Positions 37,958-47,111 of a stretch of DNA of 64,000 nucleotides are shown here, in pieces. A program made the translations under genes and the position numbers. How positions within the stretch are numbered: the stretch's first letter is position 1; the number at the start of each line of letters is the position of its first letter. The notes beneath the pieces were generated by a model. The model was given only the letters and a program-made list of their open reading frames with translations. It ran no database searches and was not told where the DNA came from. The stretch is from a virus (taxonomy: Duplodnaviria > Caudoviricetes), in the IMG/VR virus record IMGVR_UViG_3300037408_000437, positions 3,897-67,896 of that record; one strand, written 5' to 3'.

Positions 37958-38746
37958 TTAGCCCGCGTATTGAGCGATACCAACGAGGCCAGCTTCGGTA
38001 CTGGGCGCGGTAACGTGGTAGTAAGCGACGACCGCAGTTCCGGCGAGAGACGAGTTCAAATCGATGGTGCCGCGCACGTCGCCGGTAGTGGCGGTGGCGG
38101 TGGTGGCGTCGGCCTTGACCACGGTGGCGCGAGTGGACTCATGCACCCCAGCCAACGAAGCCTGGATGAAGTCGCCGGTACCAGTCAGCACGTAAGGCAG
38201 GCCCAGCACGTCGCCGGTACCGACTTTCACGGTATCGGTGGTAACATTGCCCGCCGAATAGATGGCGATGGACGAGATGTATTTAAACGCTTTTTTGCCG
38301 GCAGCCGCGCTATCCCCAGACGCGATGGTGACCTGCTCCACCATCTTGGCCTTGTAGATGTCATAACCGGTGACCGTAAATACCGTATCAGCAGCGGCGG
38401 TACTGGTGGCAAAAATCAAATTGCGAGCCGCGTCCAAAGTCCACACCGAGACGGTAGCACCGGTATTGGTAGTGATGGTAGTGGCGGCGGGAATGCTGGG
38501 GTTGTCGGTCGGTGTCGAACCGTTGGTGGCGGGGGTATAGGTCTTGGTACTGTTATTCGGCAGTTCCGTACTGGTCGCGTCGTCGATCAACAGATCGTCG
38601 TCGCTAGCGGCGGGCGAGCCGAGCGAGCTGCGGGTCAGAAAACAAATTGGAACGCCGCGAGAAGCGTTATTGGCTTGCCGCGTTAAGCGGTTGCTGCCTC
38701 TGCCGTAATAGACGCTGGTAGCTTCAGTAAGATTGTGCGTGGACAT
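37958..38746 (-). CDS. Virion structural protein
   Basis: 262 aa; FK.I..I...V.VGTGDVLGLP motif. Confidence 0.6.
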   Translation of the reverse strand: MSTHNLTEATSVYYGRGSNRLTRQANNASRGVPICFLTRSSLGSPAASDDDLLIDDATSTELPNNSTKTYTPATNGSTPTDNPSIPAATTITTNTGATVSVWTLDAARNLIFATSTAAADTVFTVTGYDIYKAKMVEQVTIASGDSAAAGKKAFKYISSIAIYSAGNVTTDTVKVGTGDVLGLPYVLTGTGDFIQASLAGVHESTRATVVKADATTATATTGDVRGTIDLNSSLAGTAVVAYYHVTAPSTEAGLVGIAQYAG

Positions 38747-38789
38747 AGTTAACTCCAGTCAAAACAGACCGCCCGTGAAACGAGCAGAG

Positions 38790-39506
38790 TTAGTAATAAT
38801 AACCGCTGGTACGTAAGGGCTTGTTAGCTACGTCCTTGCGCACCGCTAGTAATTTGAGATTAACGGGTTCTCCAACCCTTGACCGAAACCGCTCCATGGC
38901 GGTGTTGGCCGCTTCCAGATTGAGGGTGTCGGCGTCGCGTTTGGAAAACGCCAGATAGGATGCGTAGAGTAGGAGGTCTTCAAAGAAGAGATCGTCCAAC
39001 TCCAAATACTTACCTCCGGCAGCCACCGCCGAATCCCAAGTAAGGTCTTCCAACGGCAACCGCTTTACCGTCAGCTCCAGGGTGCCAGCGGCGGTGGGAG
39101 CGGCGATCAGCGTGAGGCTATGCAGGCTCCCGTCCTCGACGTAGTACAACGTCGTATCAGGCGCCACGTAGGATTGCGTATCGATATCGTCCCGATAATT
39201 ACGTTTTATCAGAACGTCGTCGGCCCCGGTAACGTAGGCCCGCTCCACCGCGAGGATCAGCGGGTCCAGGTCGTAGGTAGCCGTACCAGCGACAAGCGTG
39301 ATGCTGCACAAATCGCTGGTGGAATCGACAATCGGATGCCGGCGGCAGGTTTCTTTCTGCGCTTCGTTCAGGTAGGTAACGAGTTCGTCGTTCTTCCACA
39401 GGCAGCCAGCATCGCTGGTTTGCCAATAGTTGGAACCTGAATCGCCACCGAAGTCATCCAAACGTTGGCGCAGTCTGGTAACCGCCGTCAGCACCGATAT
39501 AGTCAT
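38790..39506 (-). CDS. Head-tail adaptor protein
   Basis: RLRQRL.D...W.NDELVTYLNEAQ adaptor pattern downstream of the capsid genes. Confidence 0.7.
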   Translation of the reverse strand: MTISVLTAVTRLRQRLDDFGGDSGSNYWQTSDAGCLWKNDELVTYLNEAQKETCRRHPIVDSTSDLCSITLVAGTATYDLDPLILAVERAYVTGADDVLIKRNYRDDIDTQSYVAPDTTLYYVEDGSLHSLTLIAAPTAAGTLELTVKRLPLEDLTWDSAVAAGGKYLELDDLFFEDLLLYASYLAFSKRDADTLNLEAANTAMERFRSRVGEPVNLKLLAVRKDVANKPLRTSGYYY

Positions 39507-39587
39507 TTACTTACCCTTTTTCGGCCCCTTGTTGGGCTTGCTGGGTTTGCTCATGGGCTTGCCCATCGGTTTGGGTTTGCAGGCCAT
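39507..39587 (-). CDS. 26-aa Lys/Pro-rich micropeptide, not in the ORF track
   Basis: MACKPKPMGKPMSKPSKPNKGPKKGK; ATG 1 nt after the upstream stop; its TAA abuts the adaptor ATG. Confidence 0.65.
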   Translation of the reverse strand: MACKPKPMGKPMSKPSKPNKGPKKGK

Positions 39588-39588
39588 C

Positions 39589-40005
39589 TCAATCACCTTC
39601 GAAGATGTACAGCAGAACGGCGGTGATCGCGCCGGTAGCCGCCGCGCCGCCAACAGTACCGGTCAGATAGGTCTTGACCGTGTTCTTGATCGGCGAGAAG
39701 TAGTACGCCACCGAAGCACCAGCGGACGTATCGCTATCAGTCGCGAAAGCAGCGGCCTCGGGAGACAGTGTATCGCCGGAATTAACCTTGCGGTAACCCA
39801 GGGTCAGCGTGGTGCTGCCGCCCAGGGCCGCGTTGGTCAGAATCAAGCCGACCACCCGAGCGTTCTCGGGAATCTGGCCCAGCAGCACCACGTCGCCAAC
39901 TTGGGCGGCGGCGAAGGTGTAAGTATAAACCGCTGCGGACAGCGATCCAAAAGCCCCGGTGTAGGTAATGTCGCGCCGGGCGTTTACAGCATTCAAATCA
40001 GCCAT
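39589..40005 (-). CDS. Capsid decoration/accessory protein
   Basis: GGAGA RBS before MADLNA; GDVVLLG.IP.NARV pattern. Confidence 0.6.
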   Translation of the reverse strand: MADLNAVNARRDITYTGAFGSLSAAVYTYTFAAAQVGDVVLLGQIPENARVVGLILTNAALGGSTTLTLGYRKVNSGDTLSPEAAAFATDSDTSAGASVAYYFSPIKNTVKTYLTGTVGGAAATGAITAVLLYIFEGD

Positions 40006-40136
40006 GCGTATTCTCCAAAGAGTGGGCCGGCGCCGCCAGCCCCTCTTACAGTATCTCAAAAGAAATTTCCAAAAAAAGTTGCTTGGGTACGCTATTTGGT
40101 GCTATCCTAAGCATAACTCACTACCTGGACCCGTTT

Positions 40137-40703
40137 ATGCGCGCTACTTACGGCCTTCGCCCCATTCTATCCATGTCCGAAGCTCAACGAGCTAAGTTCT
40201 GGAGCAGGGTAGCTATTACCGAGCCTGATGCCTGTCACAACTGGACCGGCTTCATAAACCCCTGTGGCTACGGACTTTGGTCCGTATACTGGGAAGACAA
40301 CGCTCGGTCGTCCTTTCTCGCCCATCGAATAGCTTACGCACTATCCTACGAAGAGCCGCCCCCCTACAACCGAGGAGATAATTGCGTGATCCACACTTGC
40401 GACAACCCCAGATGCTGCAATCCAAGGCATCTAGTTATCGGCTCTCACAAAGAAAACATGCAAGACTGCACGCAAAAAGGACGCAACTATTTCAAACGCA
40501 TCCCTAGACACGGGTCCAAGAACCCGGCAGCACGTCTCAACGAAGACCAGGTTCGGGCGATCAAAACCCAAATGGCCTCTATCGAACGTGGAGCCGGGCG
40601 GCGGAAAGCCCAAGAGGCCCTCGCCGTTGCCCATAAAGTACGCGTCGGCACCATACGGGCTATTTGCGAAGGGCGTAACTGGGCTCATATCCAAATAGCG
40701 TAA
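40137..40703 (+). CDS. HNH homing endonuclease, antisense to the late operon
   Basis: FWSRV...CHNWTG...AHRIAY...VIHTCDNPRCCNPRHL..GSHKENMQD; start uncertain (40083-40173). Confidence 0.9.
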   Translation: MRATYGLRPILSMSEAQRAKFWSRVAITEPDACHNWTGFINPCGYGLWSVYWEDNARSSFLAHRIAYALSYEEPPPYNRGDNCVIHTCDNPRCCNPRHLVIGSHKENMQDCTQKGRNYFKRIPRHGSKNPAARLNEDQVRAIKTQMASIERGAGRRKAQEALAVAHKVRVGTIRAICEGRNWAHIQIA

Positions 40704-40708
40704 CAAAA

Positions 40709-41980
40709 TCAGAGCAAGGTTACCTTGGACGGATCGGGTGCAACGCTATCGATAACACAAATTCCATTGTCGTAAGTAGCCCCAGTCTTGCTGGCGAACC
40801 GCAGCTTGGCGTAGCCAGTGATGGCCGCGATGGACGCCTCGAAGCAATTGTCATGGTCACTAGTCTCTTCGTGCCAGTTAAAGTGCGTGCCCGAGCGGGT
40901 ATCCTTGCCGAACGCCTCGGCCAGACCTTGCGAACCCAGCAGAATGCACCGCTCCACGGCGTAGTTCGCCACGTCGGCGCCGCCCAGGTCAGCCGGCACG
41001 GTCGAGGTGGTGGTGGCAAACGTGTCGGCGCTAGTGGCCACGGTAACGGCGGTACCCGGATTGAAGCGGATCGGCAGGTTAACCTTCTTCACCATGATGC
41101 CGTTCCACATACCAACCTCACCCCGGAACAGCGGGTTGCTGGCGCTACGCTCGCGAGCGTTCATCTGGAACAGCCGCAGGGACTTCTCGGAGCTCTGCCG
41201 AACCAGGTTGTGGTAAACCCGAGGCGGAACCAGCAGCACGTACATCGGACTATCGGGGGCCGAAGCGTCGCCCTCGAACTGCACCGGCTGCATGGGCACG
41301 TCCATCTCGTCGATGGAGGCGCGCAGCTTGTCCAGGTCATCCAGGGTCAGGTAATCAGTGGCGGAGAAGGTCGCCATGCTGGTGGCCTGGCCGGCGTAGA
41401 AGTGCCGGTTGTAGGTCGGCGCCAGCACGGAGTTCACCATGATCTCGGCGAACTCGGCATGGGAACTCAGCGGGACCACCCACTCCTTGGTGTTATGGTC
41501 GCCACGCGCGCCGGCCATGTGGACCAGCTTGACTTGATCAGCAAACCGGGCGTACCAGCCGGCCAGGGCCGCGCGGCCCACGGTGCGCAGGTCGTGCTCG
41601 GTGCGATGCTGGGTCATGCGCCCGCCCGCGTCGATACCGCCACGGCACTGGTTCAGTGTCATGGTCATGACGTTGCTGGACAGGTCCATCATGCGGCCGG
41701 TCAGCTTCCGATCACCCATGGTCGGGATGCCTTCGATCAGGTTGAAGGCGTCAAGCTGAATGGTGTCGCCACCGCCCTTGGACAGGTCGGTGATGCGGAC
41801 GATGGGGTAGTTGCGGTCGGTCTCCATCCGCTCCAGCGTGGCGGTGGCCGAACTCAGCTTGGGGGCCGGGCCGGTCAGACGCTGGGAGAGGGAAGGAGCC
41901 TTGCAATACTCGGCGAATACGGCTGCACCAAAGATTTTTCTCGCGAGTGGATGGCCTACCGGGATTGTGGTTTGACTCAC
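40709..41980 (-). CDS. Major capsid protein (N4-gp56/DUF4043 type)
   Basis: GTG start after GAGGA; RITDLSKGGGDTI, GRMTQHRT.HDLR, PLFRGEVGMWNGI..K. Confidence 0.9.
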   Translation of the reverse strand: MSQTTIPVGHPLARKIFGAAVFAEYCKAPSLSQRLTGPAPKLSSATATLERMETDRNYPIVRITDLSKGGGDTIQLDAFNLIEGIPTMGDRKLTGRMMDLSSNVMTMTLNQCRGGIDAGGRMTQHRTEHDLRTVGRAALAGWYARFADQVKLVHMAGARGDHNTKEWVVPLSSHAEFAEIMVNSVLAPTYNRHFYAGQATSMATFSATDYLTLDDLDKLRASIDEMDVPMQPVQFEGDASAPDSPMYVLLVPPRVYHNLVRQSSEKSLRLFQMNARERSASNPLFRGEVGMWNGIMVKKVNLPIRFNPGTAVTVATSADTFATTTSTVPADLGGADVANYAVERCILLGSQGLAEAFGKDTRSGTHFNWHEETSDHDNCFEASIAAITGYAKLRFASKTGATYDNGICVIDSVAPDPSKVTLL

Positions 41981-42035
41981 TTTGTAGTTCCTCAAAAAAG
42001 ATTTATAACAAACCGTCTCACGACGGTTACCTAGA

Positions 42036-42668
42036 TTACTTCTTAGCGCGGATACTTTCCAACGCTACAGTGTGCAATTCGGAAGCAGCTTCTACTGTAC
42101 TGGCGGAACCTAAGTATTTCTTGGTCCCGCGTTCCTTAATATAAGCCTTATATCGCTTCCCTTTTTTCCAGACCCCGACAACACCTGTCGCGGAGTTATA
42201 GACCGGCCTGGCGTTTCCCGCCTGTTGGTACCGATCTGCCCAAACACAGTTATCGGGGCCGTAGCCACGTTCATTATCTACTCGTTCGAGAGTTAACCCC
42301 TCCGGGCGAGGACCCATATCCGCATAGAATTTATCGAAGCTATGCCACTCCGGACAAACTTTTATACCCCGACCCCCGTAATTAGGGTAATTAGGGTCAT
42401 TCGGTTTATTACATCGATCCAGCATATGGTACCACGTCCGATACTCGGGGGTACCCGTCATGCCGTGAGTACGGCTTCTAGCACCTATAACTTGAGTCCG
42501 ATAACATCCACAAGATGTTATCGAACCCCTAGTAAGATGCCCTGTCCTAACTACTTTTGTTTTGCCACACTCACAGCGGCACAACCAAGCAGTTCTAATT
42601 CCTAAGTTCTCAGCTCTCTCCACCACGGTAAGCCGGTCAAATACCTTCCCTACCAAATCAATCTTCAT
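42036..42668 (-). CDS. HNH homing endonuclease with AP2-like C-terminus
   Basis: WLCRCECG, SCGC, YGGRGIKVC, TLERVDN..GY..DNC.WA, C-terminal GV..K...Y.A.I...YLG. Confidence 0.9.
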   Translation of the reverse strand: MKIDLVGKVFDRLTVVERAENLGIRTAWLCRCECGKTKVVRTGHLTRGSITSCGCYRTQVIGARSRTHGMTGTPEYRTWYHMLDRCNKPNDPNYPNYGGRGIKVCPEWHSFDKFYADMGPRPEGLTLERVDNERGYGPDNCVWADRYQQAGNARPVYNSATGVVGVWKKGKRYKAYIKERGTKKYLGSASTVEAASELHTVALESIRAKK

Positions 42669-42795
42669 TATCTCTCAGCCTTCAGAAATCGCCTACTTAG
42701 GGAACCACTGGCAAGTGGTAGGCTTTTCCACCTTTCGCCCCGTCGGGCTAGCCAGTAGTATTTTAAATCAGATTCGGTCTATCTCTCGACAGTCC

Positions 42796-43902
42796 TTAAC
42801 GCGAAAACTGATACAGGTAATCCTTTAAAGCTTCCGGGGTCAGCGTCAGCATGTGCTGCTGCAACTGCGACGGGCTCATCCGTTCAATCTTTTCGATTTC
42901 GGTGATCGCCGGAGGCTGACCGCTGGCCGCGATGTCCGTCATGCTGAGCGGGACGCCGGGGGCGGCGGGCTTCGCCGGAGCGGAAGTCGGCTTGACCGAA
43001 GGAGCCGCCACGGCCCCCACCTGGTCGGAGTGAGGCGACTTGCCGTGCAACGCTTCCACCTTGCCTGGCAACGCCGCTACCCGTTCGGCCCAACTCAACT
43101 TGGCGTAAGCCGGGTCTTCCTGCATCAAGTACTGGTGCAACTTGACGCTATAGTCGAAGTATGGCGACTTCGAATCCGCCTGCCACGCCGTCATCAACGG
43201 CGATTGGTCTATGGCGGCTTGAATCTGCTCGCCCTCCGAGGCCTGCTCCACTTGAGCGGCCCGTTCCAGCCGGGCTTGCAGCTCGGCGGTGACCCGCTGC
43301 TGCTCGACCATGGCTTTGTGCTGGGCGCGCAGAAGTTCGTCCTGCCGCTCGGCCCGGCGCGCCGCCAGCAATGTTTGGCGCAGCACGTCGGCGGGGTCCT
43401 CGCCCCATTCCTGCTGGTACTTGGCAATCCGAGCCTCGTCGGCATCGGTAAGCGTCACAGGAGCATCCAGGAGCGTCTGGAACGTGTCGGCGGCGGGCGT
43501 GGCTGGCTCGATAGGGGTTCCAGCAACCGGAGCCGCAGGCGGCGTCTGCGCGGCCCTGGCGGTCATTTCCGCCAACTGGCGTTGCAGTTCTTGCGCGGCT
43601 TGTTCAGCCTGGCGCGCCCGTTCCCGCGCATCCTTTAATACGGAGTGCGGGATGTAATGCTGGCCATCCGCCGTAAGCACGGGGGCCTCCACGTCGGCCT
43701 TGGGTTCCTCGGCCTTGAGTTCCTCGGCCTTGAGTTCCTCGGCCTTGGGTTCCTCGGCCTTGACGAACCGCCCGAGATCGTCGCGCGGCGGCGTAACCTC
43801 TTCGGCCTTGGGTTCTTCCGATTCAGGAACCCCAGCGGCCAAAGCGGCCAACTCATCCGGGGAAACAGGCCATGTAGTGGAGTCGTTCAGATCAATCGCC
43901 AT
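42796..43902 (-). CDS. Capsid scaffolding protein
   Basis: Between portal and capsid; acidic N-terminus, RDD.GRF, DG.H.IP..VL..AR. Confidence 0.8.
   Translation of the reverse strand: MAIDLNDSTTWPVSPDELAALAAGVPESEEPKAEEVTPPRDDLGRFVKAEEPKAEELKAEELKAEEPKADVEAPVLTADGQHYIPHSVLKDARERARQAEQAAQELQRQLAEMTARAAQTPPAAPVAGTPIEPATPAADTFQTLLDAPVTLTDADEARIAKYQQEWGEDPADVLRQTLLAARRAERQDELLRAQHKAMVEQQRVTAELQARLERAAQVEQASEGEQIQAAIDQSPLMTAWQADSKSPYFDYSVKLHQYLMQEDPAYAKLSWAERVAALPGKVEALHGKSPHSDQVGAVAAPSVKPTSAPAKPAAPGVPLSMTDIAASGQPPAITEIEKIERMSPSQLQQHMLTLTPEALKDYLYQFSR
43695..43762. repeat. 15-bp tandem repeat (AEE[P/L]K)
   Basis: CGGCCTTG(G/A)GTTCCT x4 plus a partial unit. Confidence 0.9.
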
Positions 43903-44035
43903 ACTTCACCTCTATATCGCCGAGAAGCGGGTTAATACTTGAATCCCTCGAAGGGGAGATAAAACACAAATAAAGCGCCATACAGCACTTCTATATCGCG
44001 GCTCATAACCCCTTTTAGGGAGATAAAACTACTAA

Positions 44036-46213
44036 TTATCGAGCGGGCTTTTTCGCCGGAGGCTTCCGGTGTCCAGCCAACCCGGTTGAAACCGGTTTAG
44101 GTCGGTTTTGAATCTCGTATTTCTTGATTTCGGCATCGGCCTGACGCTGGCGCTCTGAATCAGCCAACTTCATCTGGCCTTCCATCATCTTGCTTTGGCG
44201 GTTGGCTTCGCGCTCCCCGGCCGACTTTTCCACGTCCAAAACCCGGTCGGTAATATCGAGGGAGTGCCTATCGCGTTCCAAGGCAAGACGGTCTTGATCC
44301 AGGATCATGCCCTGGCGAATCTTGTCGGCCTCGGCCTTGAGCTTTTCAGCCTTGGCTTGCTGTTCGAGCAGCGCCATTTGCTGCTGCTGCATCATGAGCT
44401 GGTTCTGCATGTCAACGAGCTGTTGCTGCTGGGCCGCCGCCGCGTTATGCTCGGGCGACGTGCCGCCCTGCCCGCTGACTTTAGCGATGAGCTGCGCCAT
44501 TTCTTCCTTCTGCGGCAAGTCGGACGCGCGGATAACGATGTGCGCGACGGCCACCTGCATTTCGGGAGGCAGGCTCTTAAGCACTTCGGTAAGATTCTTG
44601 AACTGTTGCGCCCGGTACGTCGGCGTGTCGGGGGTATCCTGAAGCGCGACCTTCAACATCAACTGCGGCACCTGGTTGGTAATCTCGCCGACCTCGGTGC
44701 GCTGGTTGAACGTGTACGACCGCCGTTCACCGGCAAAATCGTAACTCACCCGCTGTTCGCGAGCCCCCATGTCCGCCACGATCAGCGACAGCAACAACTC
44801 GCCGACCTTAACCCGCGCCCCGATGTAGTTGTCGTTTAGGTTGGCCAGCGTGGTGGCGCCCTGTTCCACCAGGGAGTTGATGGCGACGCCGGAATCCGCG
44901 CCAGGCACCGCTTTCCCCAGCATGGACTGGTACACGCCAGCGGCGTCCTGAATGGCCTGCGTGGCGTCCTTGAGTACCTGGAACTGCTGCTGCGACAACT
45001 GAAAATCGGACTCGACCCGCAACGCATCCATGTTCTTGTTACGCCGGTTCGGGTCCAGCAGAATGACGGCATCGGGCCGGGACGCCTGCTCCAGCACTTC
45101 GGACCAGGGCCGCTCGGAAGCGTCGGAATCCGCGATGATGCGTTTGGCGCTCAGCAGCCACATCATGCGCGACAGCCGGGCGTTAACTTCCATCTGCGGA
45201 CTCACCATGCGCCTGATTAAACCATAGGGCGCGCCGGTCCGAGATTCGCGGAACCCGAAGAACGGTACGTAGGGAAAATCGTTATGGGGGTACGGACTGG
45301 GTAAATCCGCCAACCGAATGGGGCCGGCCCACCAGGACAGGCGTGGAACCGGAACCACGAACTCTTCCAGGGTCGCCAAGCCGGCGCGCAACAGCGCTTC
45401 GTGCATGGCGTTGGTCGAGTCCAACACCACTAGAGCGTCCGAATCCCTCAGCCGTAACACCTTCCGGCGTTGGTAGTGGCGGTACCAGACCTCGGACAAC
45501 CGGACACGCACTCGCGAGGCTCCGTAGTCCATCCACTCCCGCAGCGCCAGCCCGGTATCGCGGAACGCCGTGAAATCCGACAACGTTTCGTCGTCGGACG
45601 TATCGTCGTACCCCAAGTCCCAATCGGCCCAGGCTCTACCGGTTTCATCCAGCGTCTTGCTCTTGCCAGGAAAGTACAGCTTGGCGATGTCGAGGTCCAT
45701 CCAGCGGTGCCGGACCAGGTAGCGCGCGTCCGACAAATCCGGCTCCTGCGCCCGCCAGTCCCAGTACATCTCCCGCCAGTTGACCCGGCGAACTCGGTAC
45801 GAAGCCCCAAGCGGGTTATGGTTGCGCGCCACCTCCACCCAGCCCAGCCCGATCTTGGTCTGGTCGTCGTAGGCGTCGGAGCAAGCCCGGTCGGCCCCGG
45901 ACGTGCGCTCGTGCTGCTTCATCAACGCGGACAGCGCCAGGCTCATGTCGAAGTCGATATCGGACTCGGCGGCGATCTTCCAGTCCCGCTTGTTCTTGGC
46001 CTCCATGCCCAGCACAAGATCGATGGTCGGGCCGATCAAATTACGGATCAGCGGCGGCTGGTTACGCTCGCCCATTACCGCCAGCGTGGTGGAGTCCAGT
46101 TGCAGCCCGTCGTAAAAATCGGCCTCGTTGTTGGCGCGCGCGCGCCAGCTAGGTTCGTCCTTTAGGTCCGACAGGATATCTTCCAACTGGGTCTGCGTTA
46201 ACTTATCCGCCAC
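44036..46213 (-). CDS. Portal protein (933W/P22-like)
   Basis: WR..A..E.DFYDG.Q, NLIGPTIDLVLGME, GLGWVE, PYVPF.G.R, Q.E.N.R.S; C-terminal coiled barrel. Confidence 0.92.
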   Translation of the reverse strand: MADKLTQTQLEDILSDLKDEPSWRARANNEADFYDGLQLDSTTLAVMGERNQPPLIRNLIGPTIDLVLGMEAKNKRDWKIAAESDIDFDMSLALSALMKQHERTSGADRACSDAYDDQTKIGLGWVEVARNHNPLGASYRVRRVNWREMYWDWRAQEPDLSDARYLVRHRWMDLDIAKLYFPGKSKTLDETGRAWADWDLGYDDTSDDETLSDFTAFRDTGLALREWMDYGASRVRVRLSEVWYRHYQRRKVLRLRDSDALVVLDSTNAMHEALLRAGLATLEEFVVPVPRLSWWAGPIRLADLPSPYPHNDFPYVPFFGFRESRTGAPYGLIRRMVSPQMEVNARLSRMMWLLSAKRIIADSDASERPWSEVLEQASRPDAVILLDPNRRNKNMDALRVESDFQLSQQQFQVLKDATQAIQDAAGVYQSMLGKAVPGADSGVAINSLVEQGATTLANLNDNYIGARVKVGELLLSLIVADMGAREQRVSYDFAGERRSYTFNQRTEVGEITNQVPQLMLKVALQDTPDTPTYRAQQFKNLTEVLKSLPPEMQVAVAHIVIRASDLPQKEEMAQLIAKVSGQGGTSPEHNAAAAQQQQLVDMQNQLMMQQQQMALLEQQAKAEKLKAEADKIRQGMILDQDRLALERDRHSLDITDRVLDVEKSAGEREANRQSKMMEGQMKLADSERQRQADAEIKKYEIQNRPKPVSTGLAGHRKPPAKKPAR

Positions 46214-46224
46214 GGTTCCACCAA

Positions 46225-46250
46225 TAAAAAAGCCCCCAAAAGTGGGGGCT
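46225..46250 (-). terminator. Terminator just upstream of the portal gene (tR'-like)
   Basis: AGCCCCCA-CT-TTTGGGGGCT hairpin followed by TTTTT on the minus strand. Confidence 0.65.
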
Positions 46251-46297
46251 CTTAAAAAATTTCGGACTAGAGACGACGCTTCTAGTATGAGTTTTAC

Positions 46298-46326
46298 AGG
46301 GTATATAGTGTTTACCGGTTTGTCAA
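46298..46326 (-). promoter_or_regulatory. Sigma70 late promoter candidate (pR'-like)
   Basis: TTGACA-17 bp-TACCCT on the minus strand. Confidence 0.55.
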
Positions 46327-46327
46327 G

Positions 46328-46537
46328 CTATCTGATATAACTTTTTAGCGCGGGATTTCCCGCCAGCCCGTTGTCAAACAAACGTTGGATCGCCTCGTCG
46401 TAACGACCCTCCATCAACATCGTCACCGCCTCCAACTGACCCAGATGGAGGTAGAATAAGCGGGCCTCGAACCCTTCCCGAGCCGTGTGATATCGCTCCC
46501 GAGCGGTGTGTGTAACTACCGGCGGCGTTACGCTCAT
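46328..46537 (-). CDS. Hypothetical protein
   Basis: Start MSVTPP with ATGA overlap. Confidence 0.5.
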   Translation of the reverse strand: MSVTPPVVTHTARERYHTAREGFEARLFYLHLGQLEAVTMLMEGRYDEAIQRLFDNGLAGNPALKSYIR

Positions 46538-46875
46538 CCCAACTCTCCCAGATTCTTCATCAACTGCAACCGGGCCAGGGCGCCCCACGCCAGATGCGCG
46601 GCGTGCAGCAACCGGGTCTGTGGGTCCAGCAGCTCGCCTTGGGCCTCGGCAAGCCAATGCCGCAGCATCGCATCGGTGTACCGCTCGATCCCATCCGGTA
46701 CGTGCAGCCAGCCGTGCTCGGTATACTTGGAGGCGCCGAACGTGCCCACCAGGCCAACATCCCATAAGGCATCAGCGAAATCACCGAGCACCAAACCCAG
46801 GCGATTCTTACCAGCGTCCAGCTTGGCGCCGGGGGTTTTCGGGTCTTTCAGATACGGGTCTCGTTCTTCACTCAT
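46534..46875 (-). CDS. dATP/dGTP diphosphohydrolase (DUF5664-type)
   Basis: GAKLDAGK.R, VGTFGASKY...W, RY.DAMLRHW, LLHAAH.AW.AL. Confidence 0.85.
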   Translation of the reverse strand: MSEERDPYLKDPKTPGAKLDAGKNRLGLVLGDFADALWDVGLVGTFGASKYTEHGWLHVPDGIERYTDAMLRHWLAEAQGELLDPQTRLLHAAHLAWGALARLQLMKNLGELG

Positions 46876-46883
46876 AACTGGCG

Positions 46884-47111
46884 TTACCCCCCGGTATATT
46901 CCCCGTAATAGAGATCGTTCATTAATAGCACAGCAAGTTCCTCGGAAGGAAGTTCTAAAGTAAACAACGGAGAACTCCCTAGAACCAGTTGCCGATATAT
47001 TACTCCGCCACTATCGGATGCTACGGGGTAACAAGTAATAGTAGCTCCGTCTCGTATATAAGAGCGGGTAGCTACGTATCCATAGCCTGGGGTCACCTGT
47101 TCTTCACTCAC
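46884..47111 (-). CDS. Hypothetical protein
   Basis: 75-aa co-oriented ORF. Confidence 0.5.
   Translation of the reverse strand: MSEEQVTPGYGYVATRSYIRDGATITCYPVASDSGGVIYRQLVLGSSPLFTLELPSEELAVLLMNDLYYGEYTGG

Noticed and set aside
46534-46875. Z-genome or 7-deazaguanine DNA modification pathway
   Set aside because: No PurZ, DpdA, QueC/D/E or FolE homolog recognised; the diphosphohydrolase alone is insufficient
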